From Hyphochytrium catenoides (taxonomy: Eukaryota > Protista > Hyphochytriomycota): a stretch of 64,000 nt of DNA. A program made the position numbers and the translations under genes. Of the stretch, positions 1 to 11,300 are shown piece after piece (positions within the stretch are counted from its first letter, which is position 1; the number at the start of each line of letters is the position of its first letter). The notes below the pieces were generated by a model. The model saw nothing but the letters and a program-made list of their open reading frames with translations, was not told the DNA's origin and ran no database searches. The stretch is taken from NCBI GenBank assembly GCA_900088475.1, contig FLMG01003327.1:1-64000 (forward strand). Direction: 5' to 3'.

Positions 1-424
1 AGCGAGGAAGAGGCTGCGTGACAGCTGGCACCGAGTTGGAAGGCAGAGGAGACGCAGCAGCAAAAGAACTTATTGAGTCCTTCTCTTTTCCAACGATGGC
101 CGCGGAGCTAGCCGAGAGATCACCCATTCTTCCTCTCGCTTTTCTAACACGCTCTTCCTTCTTCCTCTGCTGCCCGGCTAACAGTGAAGTCTTCTTCTCC
201 CTGCAAGGTTTGGCGTGTGGGCTGCTTCCCCTGTCTCTTTGTGTTGGCAAATATCCTTGCTTCAAGAGGAGAAGAGCTGCAGTGGGAGGAGGGACTGCCT
301 GTTGATGATTTACTACTGGAGCAACAAGGAATGAAGCTGCTGATGGTGGACGGAGCCAAGGCGTGTGACACCCAGTCCAACAACATCTGAAAGAGCCAGC
401 AACAGGGAGAGGAAGAGCCCGCGA

Positions 425-691
425 AAACAGAGAGGAGAAAGAGAGGAGATAGAAGAGGACGTCGGAAAAGAGAAAGGTAGGAGAGAGAGAGAGAGAGAGA
501 GAGAAGGAAGAGAAAGAGAGGAAGCTAGAGAGAGAGAGGAAAAAGAGAANNNNNNNNNNNNNNNNNNNNNNNNNNNNNNNNNNNNNNNNNNNNNNNNNNN
601 NNNNNNNNNNNNNNNNNNNNNNNNNNNNNNNNNNNNNNNNNNNNNNNNNNNNNNNNNNNNNNNNNNNNNNNNNNNNGAGAGGGAGAAGAGA
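425..691 (+). repeat. AG/GA-rich microsatellite spanning an assembly gap (N 550-676)
   Basis: Runs of gagagagaga on both sides of 127 N. Confidence 0.9.
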
Positions 692-1159
692 GTTTTGACT
701 CGTCTTTGGGATGGCCAGATGAGTCCACACATTTGTCGCTTATTCCTACTTTCAAAACACAGGACAGCCATACCTCTCAACGTTATATCCCTGGCCCACA
801 ACCATGCTGTTAGCCTGGACATTGTTTTTCTTGCTTCTACCAGATCTCCTGATATTGTCATTTTACGGTAGCTCCAAGAGTTTTCTATTGAGCAGCTCCT
901 CCCCTTGCCTCTCCAGAGTAGTTGTTCTTCTCTAACTTCATGAGCAGCAGCAGCCTCACTAAGAAGAACTACTGACCGACGCCGCCGGTGACTTCCTTCT
1001 TACCAGGGATGACGACCACCTGTGTCCTCTTTAGAATCCAAGCCCAGCCGGAGAGATGCAGACCTTCATTAATATGAGCTATCGCGCGATGGTCATCACT
1101 CAGCAAGGGATCGCCCTTTGTGAATAACGAAGAAGGAAAGAAGAAGAAGATGCGGTTAG

Positions 1160-2400
1160 CTATTATAGTAGAGACGTACTAGTAGAGCCATCGCGACGAC
1201 GGCTAGCAGTAATACTCCTCCAGCAGCGTCCACCATAGATTGTTGCTAGCACCAACAGAAGATTAAGAGCGATTGCTTTGCAGCTTCCCACCATGATGGC
1301 GATAGTTGAACAGCCAGTCATCATCATCAGCAAATTGATGATGAGACTCTTCTGCAACAGCGGCCACACCCGCGGCAGCAGCTGCGCCATCATGCTCCGA
1401 ATGTGCCGACGTTACAGCCTTCCATCAGTCAAAGGAGCCTCACTACTAGCAAGCAGGACTGGTCTGCAGATAATGAGATCAATAATACGAGGTCTAAAAT
1501 TAAATCTGCAAGCTTCAACATCTACAAAGTCCTGATGTTGCCTATCAAAGCGCTCCTCCGATGCGACCCCAGAAGAATTAATGCCGAAGTGTCTTTTTTA
1601 CTTGACAACAAGAAGGAGGTCCCAGACCACGTCGTGGTCACACTTATCGATAGAGATGAGGTATTGAGACAGAGGGAGGAGGTTCCGCTGCGGCGTGCAT
1701 ATTGGCAGCCCTTCATTATCGGGTGAACTAGCTGCTGTACACTCTTCATCGGGGGACAGTCAGGGAAGTACCACTCGTACTTGAGGCCACCAAGAGCACC
1801 ACCACCATATTTGTAGATGCCAGTGCCCAAGCGGAAGAGAAGAAGAGCCTCACACTACTAAGGAAGAAGGAACAAGAAGAGGATCTTCGTCCTGACAGTA
1901 GCTAGAGCTCCTCCCCTGGTGCGGTCCTCCTGCTGTAGGAGGTTACATCCTCTTCTTCTTGCCTCTTTCTTTGCCCCTCTCCTCACTAAAAAACGTCAGC
2001 AGCGAGAGCAAGGACCTACAAGTAGTAGGAGTAATAGATGCAGGATCATAGTAGGTTTCTCCTCCTCATCCATGCCCATCAAGCCGCCGCTCCGAATCGA
2101 TCGCATCCCTCCTCAGACCGAAGGCAGCGGTGTGGCCCACGATGAACAGGACGGAGATCTCGCCAAAGTCCAGCCCCTTCTTCCCCTGTAAGTGCACTTC
2201 ATAAAGCCTCCTCCCATCCTTTATCAGGCCCTGAAGGAGGGTTGGGAGGGGGGCTGCACCGAGGAACCAGGATTTCCTAGGCGTTAGCGGTATCAAGGTC
2301 CGTTACATTTGTGAGACTTTGTCTGAGGCTTGGGGCGCGGTCGGCGGAGTGCAGGTACTTGTACAGGTGGGAGGAAGAGAAAGAGAGCACTGCTGACGAC
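1160..2400 (-). pseudogene. Possible decayed coding sequence, family unidentified
   Basis: Protein-like minus-strand fragments (GIYKYGGGALGGLKYEWYFPDCPP; NLLPLSQYLISIDKCDHDVVWDLLLVVK*; GRRLYEVHLQGKKGLDFGEISVLFIVGH) broken by stops and frame changes; no coherent splice model found. Confidence 0.25.
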
Positions 2401-3004
2401 TTCGTCGTCCTCGAGCACATGCTGCTTATGACGAACGGCTGCTACGGCAGGGAACGGAGGCGATGATGACGACTATGCGGCTCAGTACTACCCTGCTAAT
2501 AAGAAGGAAAGCCTGCAATGCAGGCTGCTTGCAACCGGACCTCTTACAAGTGAGAGATGAAGCGTCGATGGGGCCCACCTGGGGCCCCTTTCTGCAGCTC
2601 CTACCACCCTGGGACTAATTGCTTTGAGAAATTCCAGCGGCATTTAAATGAAGCAGCGACTGGGCAGTCATTGAAGAAGCTCTCACCTTTCCAGCTTGTT
2701 TGTTACCAGTGATCATAGAAGGATGATGTGGCTCTGACACGACAGCATCACTAACTAGTAGCGTACTACCTTGAGAAAGGTGGACATGGTGCTATAATAA
2801 CCGGTTATATCCGTCAGCGATGAGACGAAGGGAAGGCGGGAGGCGTTGCTGATATCATCTAGTGCCCTAACCTTCTGAAGTCGCATTACGGCAGAGCCAG
2901 TCTTTATAGGTGAAAGAGCTCTCTGTCTTTCTTTATGGGGCGTGGCATTGCCAATGATTGGAGCTAGCATCGATAACGACCGTTGATTAACAAGCAAACG
3001 TGCA

Positions 3005-4585
3005 ATGCCCTCACTTCAACAAGTCATTCTGGTGCTTCTAGGGGATGCTATCTTCCTCTTTTGGGCGACATTCGGTATCACGACCGCAGTCATGGTGGCT
3101 TACACGATGTTACTGGTGACCACTTCTAAGTTCATGGCGACAGAGCGCTACTGTCTCAGCATATGCGGAGAAGAGCAGGCGGCATGTCGTGGTCTCACTC
3201 CTTTTGGATCTTTCTGTGCAGCAGGATACACGCTGGGCGGGTTTATCTTTGGTGCCCTTATCACGGCACCGTCTAGCTATGCGGCAGTTGCATTTTACTA
3301 TTTAAAGCTGTTCCCAGCGACGGACAGCAGCCAACGGAGAAGGATTATTAGGGGGACCATAGGGATGGTCTTTGCTTGTCTGATTGTCCGTCTCCTCGAG
3401 GTCTTTCTCCTAGAGCGATATGTCTACGTCACGCAAGCGCTATTCCTCCTATTAAACGTCTGGATGTTCTTCGACCGCAACCCATCCATGTTCCTCCTTC
3501 GACTTATCATTGGCATGACATCCACTGCCGCGGCATTATTGGTCAATCATGCTTTGTTCCCTTACATTCTCTCTCCACAGTTTCTCTCGCAAAGGGAACT
3601 CAACTATATAGTCAGCCTAGGGCTGCCTGCACTCTTCTACTTCTTCTCTGCGATCACGAAAAGGTGCTTGCGGAGTCTGCTGGAAGCTGAAGGCCGAGAA
3701 GACCTTGGTTCCCTGGATGCGGTACTCTTTCTGATGTACATATTGTACCAACTGCTGCAGCTGACAGCAAGCGTAAGTCGCGGAACATACAAGCTACCCG
3801 TCATTGCCCTCTCCACCGGAGCTTCATGCGGTGGATATATCCTTAACCTTCTATGGACGACCACAACAAGGACAGGTTTCCGGCTCACCGCCGTGCAAAC
3901 TAGCAGTAAGAAGGTCTCTCCTCCACCTGAGCACCTTCCTCCTGCGCGAAAGAATTCTGCTTCTCTGCGGAGCACCGAGGATCGAAACCCGAAAACATTT
4001 CTAAACTGCTTGTTCCGTCCGAGCAAGACCTGCTCCAGCGACAAGGAGGTTGCTAATAATGATCTGCTTGGCCATGTAGTGCGGCAGCAACCATCCTCCT
4101 CCTCCTCCTCCAACACTAGTCGAGCCATTAAGGGCGTCCCAGAGAGTGAATTACTTTCTCACGCCGATTGTAACAGGATCAGAGTGGCCAAGAGACTGTG
4201 GAGACGGATGGGTATCAACATGATTGTGGCCGGTATCTGCACCACACCTTTTCTGACGGTCATCCTCCTTGCTCGCAACTTCTTTGCCATTAAGCTTCTT
4301 GATACCACCTGCTTCAACTCAGAGGCCAGTCTCGTGGAAGCTTTCCATGTACGCTGGCATTATCTTCAGGTTCTTCTCACCGTCGGTGCTCTGATGACAG
4401 CGTTCACTTTGCTCTTGGAGCTGATGGGAATGGGTATGACAAGGACTTGGCTTCGTGACAGAAGGTCAATAATGAAGACAGTTCTTATTATCGAGGTCCT
4501 CTATACGCCCTATCTGGGACCGCTTCTGCTCCGCAGCATACTCCAGCCGCAGCGGGAATGTGCTTGGCTGGAAGAAAACGATTAG
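3005..4585 (+). CDS. Intronless 526-aa multi-pass membrane protein (~11 hydrophobic segments, long Ser-rich loop), family unknown
   Basis: Uninterrupted ATG-to-TAG ORF with about 8 hydrophobic helices, a ~110-aa polar loop, then about 3 more helices. Confidence 0.8.
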   Translation: MPSLQQVILVLLGDAIFLFWATFGITTAVMVAYTMLLVTTSKFMATERYCLSICGEEQAACRGLTPFGSFCAAGYTLGGFIFGALITAPSSYAAVAFYYLKLFPATDSSQRRRIIRGTIGMVFACLIVRLLEVFLLERYVYVTQALFLLLNVWMFFDRNPSMFLLRLIIGMTSTAAALLVNHALFPYILSPQFLSQRELNYIVSLGLPALFYFFSAITKRCLRSLLEAEGREDLGSLDAVLFLMYILYQLLQLTASVSRGTYKLPVIALSTGASCGGYILNLLWTTTTRTGFRLTAVQTSSKKVSPPPEHLPPARKNSASLRSTEDRNPKTFLNCLFRPSKTCSSDKEVANNDLLGHVVRQQPSSSSSSNTSRAIKGVPESELLSHADCNRIRVAKRLWRRMGINMIVAGICTTPFLTVILLARNFFAIKLLDTTCFNSEASLVEAFHVRWHYLQVLLTVGALMTAFTLLLELMGMGMTRTWLRDRRSIMKTVLIIEVLYTPYLGPLLLRSILQPQRECAWLEEND

Positions 4586-5373
4586 ATTTGAGGAATCATC
4601 TAGTGACGAGGATGACGCCTAATAGTTAAGAGGTTGAACTCTGTCAGACAGCCTTACAACGAACAGATAGAGCTTCTACGCGGTCTTCTTCAAGGTTTCA
4701 GACACGGTCTGGAGGAGATCTATTGGACACTTGCTCGTATCGCACGCAGCTTGGTTCTTGCCACTGTCAAATAGCCAACGCTTGCTTTAGCTCTACTGAA
4801 GAAGCTGAATGGATGTGTTCTAAAGTATTCGTCAAAGATTAGAATGGAAAGGAGGGGAGAACGGGCTATGAGCTCTGACGCTGGAAGCTTGGTGACGGTT
4901 AAGGATCATCCACATGACCCCCGCCTACTGGACCTCTTGAGGGTGTTGGGCATTACTTTATTAGTGAATGTCATGCATCCTGGGGTAGTCCCTCTGGCAT
5001 GTTCATAACAACGTCCTGATGGGCTGGGATGCCCGTCCAATATATTAAGCGACTCTTCAGCTTCGTGCTTGAGAAAAAGGAGCTGGTAACCCTTCATCTA
5101 TCACACCTCAAGGCGTGCTTGCATGTAGACGCTTTCAGCCTTCAATGTCTTCCTTCCGCAAAGCCCTGATATGCGTAGGCAGCAGCTGTGTGAAGACTCA
5201 GAAGCTCACACCCATAAAGTATGTATAGCTAGAGAAGATCATCGCCACCGTAATGAGGTAGATCATTCCCCGGGAATGACGGTGCTTGGTGTCGACCGTC
5301 AATGGAGTTGCACCTTCCGGACACGTATGAGGCACTAGTAATTGTCGGCTCCCTTTGCTTGATCTGTATTCTA

Positions 5374-8300
5374 TTAGCTCGGGTTATCGACATCCGCTGC
5401 GGCGCCTCCACGAGGTGAAGCGGGGGCAGCTGGCGATATGGAAGGTCTCTCCCATCGTGATTCTCCTGTCGTAGGGTTATGGTAATAAATATATCCGTCC
5501 ACGTCATGAACCTCCTCCCAACCTGCAAAGGTGGATGGAGAAAGTGAAGAAACTGTTAGCCTTACTTTACGCCTTGGAGGCAAGGCAGAATGTCGGCATC
5601 GTCAGAAGAGGATCGTAGACCACATCAATATGAGTAGAAACTAAGGAGAGGTATGGGCCCACGAGCACTGGCATCATGGAGCCTAGCTAGTGACATAATA
5701 GCTTGAAAGCCAACAGACCTGGCTCTAGATCATCGCTGGCTGGTGTTGGGCTCACGAAGTTGTTTGTGCTCCCAACTCTGGGGGTTTCGTATTGTGACTG
5801 GCCAGTAATGAGGTTATAATAAAAGCGATTTCCCTTCTCGTCTAACGCTTCCTCCCAGTTCTCGAAGACCTTCCCACCTCCATCCCCTTCTTTGTTCTTT
5901 AATAGCACCCCCTCGTCCTCAACAGAAGATGCGGTGGCTTTCTCTTCCTTGTGGGAAACAGACGCCTGAGTATCTCCTCCTTGGACTTTGCGCCCCGTCC
6001 GAGACGGATCACCCTCCTTCTCATCCTTCTATCATTTCGAGCACGAATGCACAGTTAGGTTTGGTCCACGGTGCAGAAAGTTATGGGAAATGGCAGCTGT
6101 CATAATGCGGCAAGCAGGTTGACAGAAAGTAAGATGGCTGGCTAAACGGCGACTGCTTCGTAAACGGTAAAGGCACCAACTGTAAGAAGCCACTCAACGC
6201 CATACCATAGGCAAAATGAGAGCAGCCTCGCCAGTCCGGTTGTTCAGCCAGTACTCTTGGCCTTCCTCGTTCTCAGATTTCTCCTATCAACAAAAGAAGC
6301 AAGATTCTCAGGCGCTGAACTGCTAATCTTTCCTTTCCTGAGCCTATTCACTATCTCTTCCTCCCTCGCTCTCGTTTTGCCCCTCCTAATAAGACCTAAC
6401 TGCAACCATGCTCTAAGAGTCCTTCTGCTGTACATCAATCCGCTGCAGCTACGTTGCATCTCTCCCTCACAAGGTGGGCCCTGGAGGGACTCACCCAAAA
6501 GTTAATCACCCTTGTTTGATCGCTAACCGAGGAGGAGGTAGAGAGCCTTTTCTTGACTCCAGGAGAGCTACTAGACGCTAATAACGATGGGGTAGAGGTG
6601 CGTTTGAAGCGGGGAGGGTGCCATTGACTGCTCCCTGGACAGAGAAAAGTTGGATGGTGCAGATCACAAATATCGAAGCAGTGTGAGGTGACTGTGACTT
6701 ATCAGTATCGGGTCCTGACTATGAGCCATTGGGCCGACCAGGATAGGGCGCCAGGGAGTGCACAATGAGGATACGAGATATGGGTAACCACTAGCAGAGA
6801 TAGTCAAGAAGGGAAGACAGCTAAGAAAGCATTACACGAATTAAGGGAGCAAGGAATGACTGCTGAGAAACAAACGAATGAAGGGCATACCAGTCTTGAG
6901 GTTGTAGAAGTAGGTTGTCTCCTCCGCCTGGCACTGCTCCCAATCCTCGACCGCCTCGGTACCCTGCCACCACTTTACTGCCTCTTCAAGGCCAATCGTC
7001 AGCCCCTGCAAGGAAGGAAAGAGTAAGAGATGGTTACCGAAAAGGTAGTCAAAAGAGTGAACTCGTGTCCTCGACCTTGACAAGACACGACCGCGGGGGA
7101 AAGCGGTCAATAAAAGAATAATGAAACGCCAGGACAAGACAAGCTTACTATAGTGGATGAGCTAACTGGTAGCCAACAATGTGGGTAGTAAGGGATTCCC
7201 CAGCGTCCCGCGCTTTCCAGCAGAAAGCGAAACAGGCGAGGAAAGAAGAATAAGGAAGCGTCAAGAAACATGCACAAAGAGCGCTACGGACCAACCAAAG
7301 AAGCACTATGAGTAGAGGCAGAAAATAGACTATAAACAGAGATGGGTAAATGGAGTCAGCAACAATCCTTACGTCTCCATATTCCTTAAGATAACTCTGT
7401 ACATCCGACAGCCGAAGATTCTCCCCACAAGCAACGGTAAGCGCGGAGAACTTTTCTTCCGAGAGACGAACTGCTAGTTGCCCTCCTTGCTCTTGTCCCC
7501 CGTAGAAGCGGAAGGCTGCTCTGAGCCCTTCCTCATCAATAACTACAGGCTCACTTCTGAGTAGCGCAAGGTGGAACAATGATAGGGTAAGAGGCAAGAT
7601 GCCAAGGCGCTAGCGACTAATAATATGCACGAACAGGTAGGAGATGTCAGCTCGGAGGAAGGAGCATGCCGGCATCGAGTGGTCAGAACTTCAATGACAG
7701 GGACTGGAAGGGTTTGAGGAAGCAGAAAAAGAGGAGTAGCACAGGAGGCAAAGAAGTAAATCTTGATGAAATTTATAAAGCAGGAAGCGCAGGAAGATAG
7801 AGACACCCGACGTACGGCAAAAGCTTTTTCGTCCTTGTACTTATCGCCGGTGCTTCCCACGTGCTTACTCCTGTCTTCGGGTTATACCAGTAAGATGGCT
7901 CTCCCTCTTGCTTCACCTCCACCTGCCAAATCCAGGGGGAAGAGAAGACATGAAGAGACAAACGAGCGAGGATGCGGTGGTGAGATTGCCAGGAAAGAAC
8001 GCGGCGACTGAAGAAGAAGAGATGGTGGTCGTTCAAATTTCCTCGAAAGTAGAATCCAACCTTACCCATTCGTCATCCTCGGAGGAGCTCTCTGCCACGT
8101 TTCCTTGGTCGTCTGTATCCTCGAGTTCCTCTTTGCCTCTGGGAGACTCGAGACCAGCCTTGATCCTCTTCGCACGCCCTCTGCCCTGGTTTCCCCTTGT
8201 CCAAGCTTGAAGTTTGATCGCTGCCTTCTCTCTTTGAAGCTGTAGTTGCAAAAAACAGAGAAGCGCAAGAAAATAGAGAAAGAAGGTGAGGGTGGTTGCA

Positions 8301-11300
8301 AGCACTGACCACATCTCAGACCATATCTCAGAGCGAGTGGAGTGAGATTGTACACCAACACTTGACAGAGTATGGTGACAAAATAATGGAGGACAGGAGG
8401 ATAGAAAGCGAGGGGAGCAACATAGAAGAATAGGAAGGACGCTAGCCAGCTAAGAAAGAGAAGATTACGGGTCAAGCCATGCATGAGTCACAGCTGAGTA
8501 GTCCCTACCGTTGAAAGTTTCGCATTAACTTTAGGCTCCTTCTCTGCTTGTTCGGCCAGAACTTTCTCCCTTTGATATTCCATAAATAGCTCGACGCCAC
8601 CCTTTTCCTGAAAACATACACAAGAGAAGGGAACAGCGGAGAGAAAGTGTATAGGCAAGAGACCTTAGACTCTCTATTTGGGGTACCTTGGCATGATGGA
8701 TTTTGTTCTGTGCCCCTTATGTCCACCCCCACATCGCTTACTGGGTTCGTTAGATACTGCACCCATCATCATGCAGAATTATCTCTGCCATGTCTCTATA
8801 TTCTCTGTCGGCCTTACGCACCTCCCCTTTGAGCTCAAGCAAATGGTTGAAGTTTTCCAATATCTTGGGGTTGGCGGGTTCGAGCTCCAGTGCCCGTAGA
8901 TAATGTTCTTTAGCTTTCGGATAGTCTCGATACACGTACTGGGAATGATTGATAGCAGGATGAGTGCGTACGGTAAGGAGACATTGTAAGCCAAATGAAA
9001 AAGAAGTGCGATAATTAGCTTGCATGTTGACACTGCGGGAAAGGGGATTCCGAATGCGACGTAAGCAGGCAAGCCGGCCAGACGAAGTCTAAAGGAGGAA
9101 GACAGCTTATAATGCCTTAGTCGGCACCCTATGTGGGTCTTATTTTCAGTCGATCCCTTCTTCCGGGCAGGCTGTGTCTAATCTTGCCCTACCTGTCTAC
9201 AGAGCGCATAGTTATAGTGACTCTGTCCACTGTTGGGGTTTAATACTATGGCATGACGGTAGAAGCCGTTGTACGCCAGAGAGTAGCTCTGAGTGTTAGG
9301 GTTGGCGTCTCGAGCGCGAGCAGCTAAGGAATGGATGACTTCCCAATCATCTTCCAAGTTTACCGCTAGGAATATTGCATAGCTGAAAGGGACATGCCGT
9401 CGAACGGGAGAAGTTGGAGATGACAAGTAATGAGATGACCTTGAAAGGGTATAAAGAACAGCCACGGAACGAGAGGCTTTCGATAAAGAGGAATGGTAGT
9501 AGAATTCGAGAAGAGTTTAGGGATAGTGTCAAGTAGAGAGAAACATGTCACCAGATCTGACTGACCTCCAGAGTATAAATGCGTTGTCAGGTCCCCGATG
9601 CATCATAAAGTCCATAGCCTTCGCTGTATTACGAACGAAACAGGCAGGAGAAGAAACCGGTAAGTGAGACACTATCAAAGCATAAAGCCTACAGACGGAG
9701 GGATCTCTCGAACACTTAGAGTGACTACGTAAACAAAGAAATCATGCAGGAGTCATGTTAGATAGTGAGGTGACGACTGACTATAGAGAGGTCTGGCTCG
9801 ATCGTATTCATGCTTGATGACATGTAGATAGAGCATGTAGTTGCAGTGCTTGACAATATTGGTTGGGTCCGACAGGTACTCCTCCTCACATCCTTTCATC
9901 AGCCGGACACCCTTCAAGAGTCCCTAAGATAGGCGAGAAGAGCTATGAGAAGATCGCATTTGGAAGTACAAGTGAAGAGGGCTGGATCTGATCGAAGAAA
10001 TGACGCAAGAGATGTACCATCCGATACAGATCATAAGCATATAAATTCCTAGCCCTGTTCTTTACTTGCCCGAAAGTGCTTCTTAGCCTTTCGAGCTCTC
10101 CATAACGCTTGGAACTTCTTGGCAGTGGCCTCCATCGCAACGGTGAACCCTTTTTCGTGGAACATTATTTGATCCTTCAACTATACATGAGGGAGAGAGC
10201 CAAGGGAGAGAGCCAAGAGAGAGAGGGATGGGCAAGGTTACCATACACCTCAATGAAGTCCGAGTGCTAGTCGTGCTAGTCACTGGGTATCTCGGGAAAA
10301 TTTCTTTGCTCATGAGGCATTATCTTTGCTCGTGAGGCGATAGTGGAGACACCATTTAGCAGCAACACCAAGGAGCACTACACAAGAAAGGAGAAGCAGG
10401 AAACGCGGGAAATGCATACCTTCTCAATGTCTTGTCGCGCCCAGTGCTCTGGCTGATCCCATTGATACCTCTTCGTAGCTCTATGGCAGTAAAATTTGAC
10501 ATCCAGAGTGTTTGGAAGATAATGCTCGTCCCATACGCCATGACTGCGGAGGATATGTATTAAAGGCAGGTTGTCAAACACAACTCTAACCCAGCAAGTG
10601 ACAGCGGAGAGACGATAGGAGAAGATAGAATACACTAGTTAGGGCGCCAAGAAGAGAGATACCTGTCCTGGTCCGGTAGAACCACCGCGGTGGGGCAGAT
10701 ACCACCAGGCAAATGACAAGACCAGAGTATAGACGACAACTTACCTCCTGGCGACAGGACATTGTAGCCTTAGTTTATTCCATTCTTCAGAAGTCTTGGG
10801 TCCATCCCTCTTTGCTCTTTCTTTTCTAGCCAGCTTACGCGCCAGGTGACCACGGATCACTCTTTGGATCTTCAAAGTATCTAGTCGGCGCTACATAGAA
10901 TCTATGAATAACCAGTTTGTGCACCTGACAGAGGGGCCAATGTTCTCGTACTATCTCCGCTCACGTCTCAGGGGTTTGCCGGACACCTGCCGAGCCTACT
11001 CATCCTCATGGCATGCATATGTTTTGACGTCTGATCTATCACGTTTCCCCCCTTCTCAGTCTGCAAATCTGTACCTGTCTATTCGTCCATCGCTCATAAT
11101 AGTTCTCCGCCTCGCGCTTCCTAGTCAGAACTCCGCGGACAACTTTTTGTATCTACACGGGTTATCTGTGAGTGCGGATGCTAAGGTGCCGTACGGGGAC
11201 AACGAGAACACTCAGACGTGAGGTCGATGGCCATGAAGGGGCCAAGAGCTCTGTATAACATCTGATCTGTACTTGTACTTGTCCCTCCTGCGTTTGGTGT

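Noticed and set aside
313-871. ORFs spanning the N gap
   Set aside because: Artefacts of AG microsatellite plus ambiguous bases
10987-10995. 9-nt microexon (ARQ) before IQRVIRG
   Set aside because: An upstream TAG acceptor gives RRLDTLKIQRVIRG in frame without it
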